Positions 1 through 10,795 are shown, counted from the stretch's first letter. The stretch is DNA of 64,000 nucleotides from an uncultured Armatimonadetes bacterium (GCA_963717145.1 OY970325.1:2272001-2336000); one strand, 5' to 3'. The notes: generated from the sequence alone by a model not told the origin. Numbers and translations: made by a program.

Positions 1-10
1 CCGGCTACTA

Positions 11-3000
11 CTACATAGGATCTGTGGTGTAGCCGGGATTGACTGTCAATACAGCGTCAGGTCCGCCCGCTATCTTGGCACTATCGATATAGACAATCCG
101 GTCTGTGCCGGGTGAGTTGGCAACGACTTTCACGAAGACGGTTATCTGAGACGCCTGTGCCTGCGCATAGGCAACCTGCTGAGTCCACTGGTCGACGGTT
201 CCCTCGACTGAAGATGACCAGATCACGCTGGCGCTCATCGGATCGAAGCCACCGGTCGGGTCTATCCCGACCTGAGTACCCTCGCCGGCCGGCCAAGCTC
301 CCAGCCGCTTCGTCCACGCGGAGAAGGAATATCGCTCGCCGGGGACAACCGCCACCGGCTGGTAGACTCCGCTGAAGAACAAGCCTGGGTTCGGTCCGAT
401 CGGAGCGATCTTCTGGGACGCACTGTCGGAGAGTCCGGGCGTGCCAAGTGAGAAATACGCAGAGCCGCTGACGGTGAACGGGAACCAGTTCTCGCCGGCG
501 GAGCCGAGGCAATTGGGAGCATCTGCCGTTGAGGTAAACGAGCCCAGGAATGACGCGTTAAGGATCTGTGCATTGGAAGGCCCCGCGACTTTGACTCTGA
601 TCCACTGGGCTTCCCACGGCCGCATCACAGCGGTGCTGATGGGCGCGGTCGTGTAGGTCTGTCTGACCGCATCGTAGCTGTAGATATAGTTGGCAACCCA
701 TCCCTGTTCGACGGCTTCCTGAGCGGTGAGCCGAAGGCCACCGAAATCGAATATGGCGCTCTGCCACGGAGTGGGCGATACATACGGGCACCCCACCATG
801 TTCCACCCGAAGTAGAGTCCTATGGCATAAGGAGCGCTTCCCACCTCAGAGGCGAAAGACGGATCGAGACCGGGCACTGACAGGCCATTGCTGCGAACCT
901 TGAGCCAATAGCCGAGACCCGCCGGGGGTGTCGCCACGGCGAGGTCACTCGGATGCACGAGCACGTTGCCGATCACGCTCGCCGGCTGGAATGTCGCTTC
1001 GTTATCCATGCGACCGCCGGCGGAGTATGCTGCATAGCTGGCGGTATCGCTGTCGGCGTATGCATAGCGCCAGAGCTGAGCCGACGATCCGATCACAGTT
1101 TCCGGACTGATGCTGCTATCGAGTATGTACGGCACTGAGAACATATGCCATCCCGCGTTCAGTGCATTCGCTCGAACGACGAAGTTGGTGGTGTCCGTTC
1201 CGGTCGGGATGATAGGAGGAGGCGTTACGAACTCATAGTCGCTGACGGCCGTCACGACAAGCGAATGTGAACCTGTGGCGACCGGATAGTCGAAGAGCAA
1301 GTATGTCTTGCCGGCAGCGGCGTCGAGTGTGTAGTAGAACTTGTCCCAATCCGATATAGCCCCGCCTGAGCCGCCTATGATGAGCTGTCCGTCGATGCGT
1401 ACTTCGATAGTCTGCTTATTCGCATGTCGGAAGTCGATCCGGAATCTGGGCCGGGAATTCGTGACGATGCTCGATTTGGCCGGCGTCTGGATCTTTACCT
1501 CAATCGACGCCTTTTCCAGGGCTTTGCGGAGGTTCACCATGCCCCGGCCATAGGTGTCGTTCGGTCGGCCGAAACCGATCGGAGTGGCTGTGCTATAGAG
1601 AATATCCTTGATATCGCCGGACGGGACACCATGCGAGAAAAGCAGTGCCACGGCACCTGTTACAACCGGCGCTGAGAACGAGGTGCCGCTCTGGAACTCG
1701 GCGATGTAGTTGCCATACGCGTCCGGGAACGTATTGCTGATAGCCTGGATACCGATCCCTGACGAGAGAGAGCCCGGAGGACCGATGGGAGGAGGCTGAG
1801 GACCACCGCCCGGGTCGCCGCTCGGCGGTTCGCTTGCGGCCAGCGCCCTGCTCCAGGCAGTGCTGACTATGTCCTCACCGGGTGCGACGAGGTCCAGCGC
1901 GCGACCACGCTGAGAAAACGTGCTCACGATGTCGTGGGAATCCGTGCAGCCAACCGATATGACGTCCTCCATTGCTGCCGGATAGCCCACCGGATAGGCG
2001 CCTTGTTCCCAACTATTCCCGGAAGCCGCCACGATAATGATCCCGGACTCCACTACGCGCCGTATCTGCGTCACCAAGAAGGGCGACCAGGGGGACTGAC
2101 CACCGAGGCTCATGTTGACGACGTTCACCCGCAGCGGCTCTCCTGTCTTGGAGGAAACCTCGGTGTCCCTGTATCGGATCACATATTCGAGAGCCTCGTG
2201 CAGGGCATCCTCATAGAAGAGAGCATCAAGGTCGCTGGCCGCTTTGACGGGCAGTATGCGCACGCCCTCCCAGCAGATGCCCGCTATTCCTATATTGTTG
2301 TCAGTCTCCGCAGCTATGATACCGGCGCACATCGTTCCGTGCATCCAACCGCCCAAGCCGACATCGGTCTCGGGGGGAGAAGGATCCATATCCCACTGAG
2401 CGGTGTCCGGTGGAATCAAGCCGTTGGGACCGATGACGTTCGCAGGGCTCAGGATCAGCCTGTTCACCAGATCGGGATGCGGCGTGCGAACCAGCAAGGG
2501 GCCATCCGAGACCGAGCGCGTCCGGATGCCGGTATCGATGACGGCTACTATGACGTCGCTGCTTCCCTTCTGCAGTTCCCATGCTTCAGGGGCATGTATA
2601 TGCTGTTTCGTGGCATCGAGGGGATCCGGCTGAAGCGGCCACTGTCCGTGCAGAAGACCCTCCAGGTCGTAGGAGGCGGGATAGTGCTCATCGTTCGGCG
2701 TTGGGGAGAGCAGAGGCCAATACACGTGATTCGGCCGGACATCCGATACGACTGGGTACTTCTTCAGTATTCCCGCCTTGCCATCCATGAATGTCTTCGC
2801 CGGCGCCCGGATCCCGGCAGGTCGAGAACGTAGGTGTTCGTGCCGCTGAGCCGGCGCGCCGCACGGCTGCCGTATGCAGCGTTGAGGGCTGCGAGATCGA
2901 CTTCCGTATGACCCGCTTTCAGGGTGATGAGTACCTGATTGGCTGCATAACTCGGTTGGCTCGCGGACGGATATGGCCGCCGCACGAACGTATCCGCACC

Positions 3001-3090
3001 CCAGGAATTAGCTGCAAGCAGGCACACTGCAACTGCCAGCACCACTACAACTCGTCCGTGACTCATGAACTCCTTCAGCTTTCTGATCAT
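11..3090 (-). CDS. Secreted S8 (subtilisin-like) serine peptidase with C-terminal Ig/CBM-like domains; frameshift near 2790
   Basis: Triad motifs VAVIDTG, HGTMCAG and SGTSFSAP in ORF 11..2788. Signal peptide and prodomain-like segment lie in the overlapping ORF 2764..3102 in another frame. Confidence 0.85.
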
Positions 3091-3125
3091 TGTGTTCCCC
3101 ACTTTCCTTGCACCAGCTTACAGGA

Positions 3126-5012
3126 TCAGAGATTCGGGGGTCCTGGAGGCCCACCGCCGGTATCCGGAGGGGGGTTGTTGCCGCCACCCGGATTCGTTCC
3201 CGGAGGAGCATCTACGGTGAACTCGCCCCATGCGTCGCTGTAGATGAACCTGGTGTTCTTCGGTCCGCTGGCAGCGGCGGAAGCCTTGTTGCCGTCCTTT
3301 ATCGCAGGCACCGGACCTGGGCTGTCGCCCATCTTCTTCGCGCCAACTCTCCAATACAGAGTCTGGCCGGCCTGTACGCCCGCGAACTCCGCAGCGTTGG
3401 CGAGCTCGTTGGTCACCGCAAGCTGGAACGGACCCGCGATCTTTCGGATGTCCGGGCTGCACCAGGTCTTGCTGCGCTCGAAACCTACCGAGGTGGACAC
3501 CTCTAGCCTGTACGTATCAGCACCTACAGATGCACCCCACTCGAACAATATGTTGGTGAGAGGCAGATCCGTCGCCTGATCGGGCGAGATGCACGTCGGT
3601 CGCGTGACGTATGTCGCCATCCCGGCAAACACAGGAGTGGTCTCCCAGTAGGTGAAGGTTGCCGTGGCCGGGCTCAGCCGTCGGTAAAGGGCCGAGACCC
3701 AGAACTTATGAGTCCTCCCTACGGTGATTCCATTCGAAGTTGGTATGGTCAGGGCCTGCAATGCATGATCCGAGTCCGGGAAGGAGTAGCTGAGATCCGC
3801 GGTATCTGATGTGTCTATGCTCTGTGAGTGGTCGAAACTCCCGACCGCATTCGAGAGCGGAGGAGCGAAGTCTCGCCCGACGGCCAGCACAGGGCCGACA
3901 TTGCTGTAGTTGTCCATCCAGACGTGGTATTCAATTACGTTGTCAAATCCGATATTGGGCGGGGTATTCCACTCTACCATGACGCCCCCATCATCCTCGG
4001 GAGGGTTCACGTCCGGGGATGCGCCGGCCATCGCGACGGCTCCAGGCACTGACTCGCTCTTGCTCCCTCCCTGGCCGGAGAGTGCGAAAATGCCCACGAG
4101 AATCGCAAGTCCCCACGCCAGACTGCTTCCCTTGACTATGCTCTTCCTCGGTGACTTCTTGGGCGGAGAAACGCGATTCGAATCGCCGTAGTCCGCCATT
4201 TTGTAAACGGCGCGGACTCGGTCTTCCGGCTTCACGCCTCGGGGAGCTCTTACGATGGACGCGCTGGCATCATTCGCGGATGCTTTCGTTACACGGATCT
4301 TGCCGACGACCTCCTGCTTACCGCCATCTATGTAGCGCAGGACGATCATCTCCAGACCTGCCTCGAGGCCTTCCTGGGATCCCTTGTTGAGGAGGACTTC
4401 GGTCGTGCCGACGCAGTTGAGAACCGTGGCTTCGGGGATGATGTAGGAGACCATCGTCTCGACGGCATTTCGAGCGGCGTCCTGGATTGCCTGGACGACC
4501 ATCTTGTCTTCATCAGCCGTGTAGCCGATGTGCGGCTGGCTGACTCCGCTCGCGAAGGCCCCATTCACCAGTTCGCCGGATGCAACATCGAGCATCTTGA
4601 CGGCGACGCGAGCCTCGGCGGTCTTCTTGTCTTTGTCTATCTTGACGGACAGGAGTTCTCCGCTTACGACTGATGAGACTTCCGACTCCTGGCCAAGTCG
4701 GATCATCGCCGCCTGGTTCATATTCGAGTCGTAATCGAGCTGCTTCATCTTCGCTTCCAGCGAATCGCTCGGAATCACACCGAACTTGCCGGAGCGAATC
4801 AGCTCCAGAACAACGGCGTCCGTGGCCATTCTGCCGAACATCTGCCCGGCCATCTTGCTGGAATTGTGGAAGTCGATCACGGCGACCTGTGAGATGCCCT
4901 GGGCTCTCACCGACGGCGTGATTATCGCTGTAGTGCATAGTGTCAGCACGACAGAGAAGATACATAGAAGGCTGATCGGCCAACGTGTTGCATAACTTCT
5001 GAAGGGTCTCAC
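3126..5012 (-). CDS. Exported protein with CsgG-like N-terminal domain, FlgT-C-like domain, internal hydrophobic helix and FN3-like C-terminus
   Basis: Signal peptide; VAVIDF...LIRSGKFGVI; VLLNKGSQEGLEAG...VGKIRV; Pro/Gly tail; RBS AGGAGG before the GTG start. Confidence 0.6.
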   Translation of the reverse strand: MRPFRSYATRWPISLLCIFSVVLTLCTTAIITPSVRAQGISQVAVIDFHNSSKMAGQMFGRMATDAVVLELIRSGKFGVIPSDSLEAKMKQLDYDSNMNQAAMIRLGQESEVSSVVSGELLSVKIDKDKKTAEARVAVKMLDVASGELVNGAFASGVSQPHIGYTADEDKMVVQAIQDAARNAVETMVSYIIPEATVLNCVGTTEVLLNKGSQEGLEAGLEMIVLRYIDGGKQEVVGKIRVTKASANDASASIVRAPRGVKPEDRVRAVYKMADYGDSNRVSPPKKSPRKSIVKGSSLAWGLAILVGIFALSGQGGSKSESVPGAVAMAGASPDVNPPEDDGGVMVEWNTPPNIGFDNVIEYHVWMDNYSNVGPVLAVGRDFAPPLSNAVGSFDHSQSIDTSDTADLSYSFPDSDHALQALTIPTSNGITVGRTHKFWVSALYRRLSPATATFTYWETTPVFAGMATYVTRPTCISPDQATDLPLTNILFEWGASVGADTYRLEVSTSVGFERSKTWCSPDIRKIAGPFQLAVTNELANAAEFAGVQAGQTLYWRVGAKKMGDSPGPVPAIKDGNKASAAASGPKNTRFIYSDAWGEFTVDAPPGTNPGGGNNPPPDTGGGPPGPPNL

Positions 5013-5350
5013 AGGAATATGTCCTCCTAGACGAATTGGCCCGGCCCACTTGCCGGTGCTATCTCAACGGGATTCCATTCTCATCGGTGACGAAACAGGA
5101 ATTGCCTGAGGGGTCAGGGCGACACGGACCGATTCAAAATGCGGATTCCAAGCGGGGTACTGATTCGTATCCGTTATAAGTGCTTTCGTGCCGCCGGTCT
5201 TTCCGGCTGATCGATCTCTGGAATGCGACATATGAATAACCATGACGTACTGCCCGCGCAGCAGAGTCACGCTTTCAACCCCTATTAGCTGTGGGCAATA
5301 CCCACAAGTCAGCCCCGGATCCACGAGCGATTGGGGCGCTAACAGGCCCA

Positions 5351-5379
5351 AGTATAGCACAGCTAACATCGCAGTGCAA
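5351..5379 (-). promoter_or_regulatory. sigma70-type promoter for the 5012 gene
   Basis: TTGCAC-17 bp-TATACT with extended TG on the minus strand. Confidence 0.5.
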
Positions 5380-6052
5380 GTGATTCTTGGATGTCCGACC
5401 AGAGTCTCTCTACCCGCCTTTTTGTTGTGCGCAATGTCCCCTCGGTGCTGATAACCCAGTCGGCGTGCTTTGCCTTTTCCTCCATCGGTAACTGCGCTCT
5501 CATGCGCAGAAGTGCATCGCGCCAACTTATGTTGTACCGTCTTTGTAGACGGTCTATCTGAGCGTCTTGTTCCGCCGAGGCCAGCAAAACTTTATCGACC
5601 AGGCTCGTGGCGCCCACCTCGATAAGCAGTGGAATCTCGACGACCAGTACGCCTGAGCCCTCGCGGCGGAAGACATCGATCTGCCGGGAGATCTCCGCCA
5701 TGACGCGAGGATGAACGATCTCCTCCAGCCGGTTGCGCTTCGAGGCATCCCGAAAGACGACTTCCCCGAGCTTTCCGCGGTCTATTTCCCCGTCCACCAG
5801 GATGTCCGGGCCGAAATCCTCTACGACCAGGCGAGAGACATCCGACCCCGGTCTGAGCAATTCGTGCACGATCTCGTCGGCGCTGACACGCTCTGCGCCA
5901 AGATCCTCGAACATGCGGGCAACCGTGGTCTTGCCGGTTGCCACACCGCCCGTGATCCCCACGACAAATGGTTTGGGGCAATAAGAAGAGCCAGTCCGCT
6001 CAGGCTGCTGCCCGCGGACTGGCTCTTGATTCTCGTTGTGATTCACGTTCAT
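5363..6052 (-). CDS. coaE: Dephospho-CoA kinase
   Basis: VVGITGGVATGKTTV P-loop, IDRGKLGEVVF, LEEIVHP, EIPLLIE; adjacent to rpsA. Confidence 0.93.
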   Translation of the reverse strand: MNVNHNENQEPVRGQQPERTGSSYCPKPFVVGITGGVATGKTTVARMFEDLGAERVSADEIVHELLRPGSDVSRLVVEDFGPDILVDGEIDRGKLGEVVFRDASKRNRLEEIVHPRVMAEISRQIDVFRREGSGVLVVEIPLLIEVGATSLVDKVLLASAEQDAQIDRLQRRYNISWRDALLRMRAQLPMEEKAKHADWVISTEGTLRTTKRRVERLWSDIQESLALRC

Positions 6053-6110
6053 GGCATTCGCCGTGCCCAGGTTGCGATCGTCTGCGGGGCCGAGGGCAGA
6101 GCCATGGCCT

Positions 6111-7960
6111 CTACTCGGCCTCGACTTCCTCGGCCTTGGCTTCGGGCTCGACCTCCTCGGCTTCGGCGACGGGAGCTTCCACTTCCTCCGCCTCGGCGAC
6201 CGGAGCTTCCGCTTCAGCGGTTTCCTCGATCGCGGGAGCCTCGACCTCCGCTGTCTCATCGACGGCGGGAGTCTCCGGTTCGAGCATGTCCTCCGCGAGG
6301 TCATCATCAGCGTCGGAATCCGACTCGACCGGCGCACGCGGCGCTCTCTTGCGGGCGGGCTTCTCAGCCTTCTGAGCCTCACGATCGGCCATGCCGGCCT
6401 GCAGTTCCATCAACTGCGAGCCGACCAGGTCGCCGAGAGTCATGCGTCCGCCGCCCTCAGATGAGGATTGCCTCGATGGCTGCCGGTAGCTATTATCGTA
6501 CTCCTCGCGTTCCTTATCTTCCCTGATCTGGCGGATGCTCAGCGTCATTCTGCGCTCTTCAGGCTTGATATCCACAATCTTGGCCTGAAGCGTCTCGCCT
6601 ATGGAGACGACATCCTCCGGACGGTTTACCCGGCGGCGACTCAACTCGGAGTTCGGTATGATCGCCTCGATGCCACCCTCGAGTGCTACGAATGCGCCGA
6701 ATGGGACGAGCCTCGAGATCGTGACTTCGATTGTCTCGCCGACATTATACTTGGACGACAGGTGCGCCCAAGGATCCGGCAGGATTTGCCGCATGCCGAG
6801 AGATACCCTGCCCTGCTCCAAGTTCAGCTTGAGGACGACGACCTGTATCTTCTGGCCGACTTTGACGACTTCGGCCGGATTGCTGATCCTCGTCCAGGAC
6901 ATCTCACTGATGTGGAGCAGGCCGTCGATGCCGCCGAGATCCACAAATGCGCCGTAGTCCGTGATTCTCCGGACGACGCCATCACGTACCTGGCCCTCGG
7001 CGAGCGAGGCGACGGTGGTTACGCGCTTCTTCTCGCGCTCTTCCTCGGTCGCAAGCCGGTGCGACAAGACGACCTTCCGACGCTCGCGGTCAACCTCGAT
7101 GACCTTCAGCGGCAAAGACTGTCCGATGTACTTCTCGAGGTTCTTCACTTTTCCGCTGCCGACATGCGATGCCGGTACAAAACCTCGGATGCCGAGATCT
7201 ACCACCAGGCCACCCTTGACGCGATCCGTCACCATGGCCATGATGACCTTCTTCTCTTCCATGGTGGCTTGCACGCGCTCCCAGGCCTTCTCGAAATCGG
7301 CGCGCTTCTTCGAGAGTATCAGATTGCCGTCCTGGTTTTCCGTCTCCATTACGTAGACGCTGATCTTCTCGCCTACCGAGACGACATCTTCTGCCGACTG
7401 ATAGGGGCCGGTGGACAACTCGTGGGGGCGTATGATCCCTTCCGACTTGGTGCCGACATCTACGAGCACGCCTTCCTTATCTATATGAACGACTACTCCC
7501 GGAACCACATCGCCTTCCGTCAGTTCACGGAAGGTGCCGGAGTAGTCCATTTCCGATTCTCCTCGGGGCTTTTGAATTGGCGGCTTAGGTTTTGTCGCCG
7601 GCACGACTTCTGCCGGAGCTTCGACTGCCGGAGCCTCGGCCTCTATGGGAGGCTCGGCGACCGCCTCAGGCTCGGCGCCAAGGTGGTGGCTTCCATTTCA
7701 TTCTCCACCGCCTCGACCGCCTCCATCTCGGGTACGGTCTCCTCAGCCTCGGCCGATTCCATCTCGACCTCAACAGCGGTCTCCTCGGATGCGATCACCT
7801 CCGGCTCGGCCGATTCCGCCTCGACTTCGGCGGCGATAGCTACCGGAGCGGTCTCTACCGTCTCGATTGCCTCAGTTGGCTCTGTGGAAGTCGTGTCTTC
7901 CTGTTCTGTTGCTGACTCGATTTTTGTGGCTTCGAGTTCCATCTCGTCGGACATTGTCAT
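6111..7960 (-). CDS. rpsA: 30S ribosomal protein S1 (4 S1 domains, acidic tails); frameshift near 7685
   Basis: S1 repeats (VDVGTKSEG, GFVPASH, DYGAFVDLGGIDGLLHISE, PFGAFV). Acidic N-terminal part with RBS GAGAGGAG starts at 7960 in another frame. Confidence 0.9.
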
Positions 7961-8144
7961 ATCTCCTCTCTTTATCAGGCGTGGAATCGGTAACCGCCTG
8001 ACTCTCGGGCAGCACTGCTTGCCCGGTCCTGGATTTCGGGACATCCGCACGGCGCATGTCCTCTGGCTGCAACCCGCTTGTGGCAAGGTCGCCAACTTGC
8101 ACGGTCTCGAATGACCGGTATGGCGTCATATGGCGCCGGAGCAC

Positions 8145-8174
8145 ATTATAGCACAACACCCTTGATTGTGCCAA
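8145..8174 (-). promoter_or_regulatory. sigma70-type promoter of rpsA
   Basis: TTGGCA-18 bp-TATAAT with extended TG. Confidence 0.6.
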
Positions 8175-8196
8175 TACTCCGAAAACGCCCCGCTGT

Positions 8197-8484
8197 TCAG
8201 TGTGAATCTTCCCCCTTGCGCGCCCGACAGCCGAAGTACAGTTCTATACCCCTTCCCGTGATCATCGACCCCGTGAGGGCCATGATGAAGAGCAGACCGA
8301 CTCGCGCGAGCATGAGCAGGGCCACGCTGCCGAGACCGCCGAGAGAGAGCGTGAGCGTAGACGTGCCCCAGATACGCTCCGCCGGGCCCATGAAGAGCCA
8401 CAAGGATGTCGCAAATACGAACAGGAGGATCAGGATGCCAAGCGCGAATACGATCAACCCCAAGGTACGGGTACTTCGATCCAT
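8197..8484 (-). CDS. Small two-TM membrane protein
   Basis: 95 aa with two hydrophobic helices; RBS GGAAGGAA. Confidence 0.65.
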   Translation of the reverse strand: MDRSTRTLGLIVFALGILILLFVFATSLWLFMGPAERIWGTSTLTLSLGGLGSVALLMLARVGLLFIMALTGSMITGRGIELYFGCRARKGEDSH

Positions 8485-8511
8485 CTATGGTACTTCCTTC
8501 CGGTTTTCCTC

Positions 8512-8541
8512 AGCATATCACGGACATCGCCGCTTTCGCAA
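8512..8541 (-). promoter_or_regulatory. sigma70-type promoter (MITE copy 1 target)
   Basis: TTGCGA-18 bp-TATGCT with extended TG, upstream of the 8484 gene. Confidence 0.6.
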
Positions 8542-8557
8542 TCATGCAGGAACCTCC

Positions 8558-8732
8558 GGGTGCATTTCTGCAGAGTGAGTCAGCCTCTCGTTATGCCACC
8601 AGAGTGGCTACTCGAGGAGAACGGTTGGGTAGCTTGCCAAGCTTCCCAAGCCCAAACCCGTCTAGTCGCGAGTAGGTTTCTCTGGAAACCATATCGAGAG
8701 ACGGTCGCCACCCACTCAACTCGAATGCACCC
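8558..8732. mobile_element. MITE copy 1 (175 bp, long imperfect TIRs, 9-bp TSD GGAACCTCC)
   Basis: Ends GGGTGCATT...AATGCACCC; direct repeats at 8549-8557 and 8733-8741; near-identical copy at 46244. Confidence 0.9.
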
Positions 8733-8794
8733 GGAACCTCCGGCCGAAATCAGCGTCCTATGGTATGTCGCGATGCATCCGAGAAAGAAAGGGT

Positions 8795-9341
8795 ATGAAC
8801 GTAACAATGAAGCGAACAAAGCTCGTGGTACTGGGCCTGACATCCGTCGTCGCACTTGCGGTGGCGATCACCGGTCTCCAGGCCAATCTCAGTAAGGGAG
8901 ACAAAGCTTCCGACTTCAAGCTCTCGAAGTTGGACGGAAAAGAAGTAAAGCTCAGCGACCTCCAGAAGGATCCGAAGAGGAAGGATGCCAAGCGGGTGGT
9001 CGTGCTCGATTTCTGGGCAACGTGGTGTCCCCCATGCAGGGAAGAGACCCCGCATCTTCAGAGGCTTCATAAGAAGTATGGCGAGAAGGGGCTCATCATC
9101 ATCGGAGTGTCCCAGGACTCCGATGGCGCCAAGTCAGTGAAGCCTTTTGCAGATAAGAACAAGCTGACTTACCTGCAACTGGTCGATCCGAAGCATGAGG
9201 TCGCCCGCAAATACAGGGTCGGGACCGATTCCGACGACTTACGTCATCGATCGCAAGGGCGTGATTCGAAGCGTGCAGCTCGGATTTGCCCCAGGCATGG
9301 AAAAGAACCTGGAGGAAGAGATCAAGGCTCTGCTTAAGTAA
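8795..9341 (+). CDS. TlpA/ResA-family thiol-disulfide oxidoreductase; frameshift near 9222
   Basis: DFWATWCPPCREE. The alternative frame gives IPTTYVIDRKGVIR...LLK-stop. Confidence 0.88.
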
Positions 9342-9365
9342 GCATCAGACGAGGTATCGGGAGAA

Positions 9366-10085
9366 GTGCTTATGACTGTATCGTTTGCCATGGCGTTTAT
9401 CGGTGGGTTTCTCTCCTTCATATCGCCATGCGTGCTGCCACTGGTGCCGGCGTACATATCCTACATGTCGGGGGTATCCGTTGAAGAGCTGGCAACCAGC
9501 ACACGCAGAGAATCCGCCTACCGGGCAGGTTTTCGGTCGGTGTTCTTCGTGATGGGCTTCTCACTGGTGTTCATTGTCATGGGAGCCTCTGCAACTTCGC
9601 TGAGCCAGGCACTGGCAACCTATCGTCCGATACTCATGCGAGTCGCCGGCGCAGTGATAGTAATATTCGGCCTGCACATGCTCGGCGTGTTCAGGATCAG
9701 GGCTCTCTATGCCGAAAAACGGTTCCACGTGCGACTGAAGAGTGTGGGATACCTCGGCGCCTTTCTTCTGGGGCTTGTGTTCGCCCTCGGTTGGACACCC
9801 TGTGTGGGGCTCTACCTGGGACCCATTCTCGGGTTGGCGGCAAACACTGATACGCTTGCCAAAGGGATCGCTCTGCTGGCCGTCTACTCTCTCGGACTCG
9901 GAGTGCCGTTCGTCCTTACCGGCTTCATGACCAGCCGGGCAATCGGTGCTATGAACCGCATCAAGCCTCACTTCAGGAAGATCGAGATCGCGAGTGGCGT
10001 GCTGCTGATCGTTGTCGGCGTCCTCGTATTCATCGGCAGACTTCAGGAGCTATCGGGTTACATTCCAAGCTTCCTGCCCTCGTAG
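9366..10085 (+). CDS. ccdA: Cytochrome c biogenesis protein CcdA
   Basis: FLSFISPCVLPLVPAY and GWTPCVG motifs; six TM helices. Confidence 0.9.
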   Translation: MLMTVSFAMAFIGGFLSFISPCVLPLVPAYISYMSGVSVEELATSTRRESAYRAGFRSVFFVMGFSLVFIVMGASATSLSQALATYRPILMRVAGAVIVIFGLHMLGVFRIRALYAEKRFHVRLKSVGYLGAFLLGLVFALGWTPCVGLYLGPILGLAANTDTLAKGIALLAVYSLGLGVPFVLTGFMTSRAIGAMNRIKPHFRKIEIASGVLLIVVGVLVFIGRLQELSGYIPSFLPS

Positions 10086-10193
10086 CACACGCCGGAGACA
10101 ATGAAAAGAGGTAGGGGACGAATCCCCTACCTCTTTCCGCACAATCCGTTCAGACTGATTGCACAACTGACTCGGTACTCAGCCCGAGTGGGA

Positions 10194-10628
10194 CTACTTG
10201 GGTTTTGCCAGCATCTTGCCGAGCTTCGCGAGATCGGCCTTGCTGATATCGCCCTTGGCCCCGCACAGATCCGGGATCGCCTCGTGCAAGGGCTTCCTGA
10301 GCACCTGCTTCGAGACCTCGTTCAGCAGAGCCGCGCCCATCTGTTCGCGAGACATATTCGCGGTGTAGATGAACGGGTCAGTCTTCTTGTCCCCGGTCCG
10401 CTTCTGAGTCAGAATGCCCTTTCGAGCAAGCTTCGCCATCGTCAGCATGATCGTGGAGTATGAGAGCTCCCGACGAGGATACATGATCTTGAAGACCTGC
10501 GTCGTACTGACCGGCGGATCCAGGTCCCAAATGATGTCCAGAATCTGAGCTTCCAACTCCCCTAGAGACTGGCCATCTAGACTTCTCCGAATACCCACGT
10601 AATCTCTAGCGCCGTCCTTGGAATCCAT
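10194..10628 (-). CDS. BlaI/MecI/CopY family transcriptional repressor
   Basis: LGELEAQILDIIW...LSYSTIMLTMAKLARKGIL winged helix. Confidence 0.85.
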   Translation of the reverse strand: MDSKDGARDYVGIRRSLDGQSLGELEAQILDIIWDLDPPVSTTQVFKIMYPRRELSYSTIMLTMAKLARKGILTQKRTGDKKTDPFIYTANMSREQMGAALLNEVSKQVLRKPLHEAIPDLCGAKGDISKADLAKLGKMLAKPK

Positions 10629-10795
10629 GTTACATTGCCCCCTTTCAGCCAAACTACTATAGATGCCCCCAAGCCCTGCGGCTAGCGGGCAGTCACATAC
10701 TACAATAGCTCTTGCGAGCTTGTCAATGGTTTTCTCACAATCGGCTAGAAGATTTCACACACATTTCAATTTTTCAACCCCGCGTCTTCAAATCC

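Noticed and set aside
5064-5525. 153-aa CDS
   Set aside because: Overlaps coaE and a promoter; no RBS or recognisable motifs.
6468-8114. Long antisense ORFs (also 12383..13777, 33248..34585, 35278..36885, 55329..56654)
   Set aside because: Shadow frames of high-GC genes on the opposite strand.
8558-8732. 6S RNA or ribozyme
   Set aside because: Size and rod shape fit, but distinct 9-bp TSDs at two loci indicate transposition; no hammerhead core seen.
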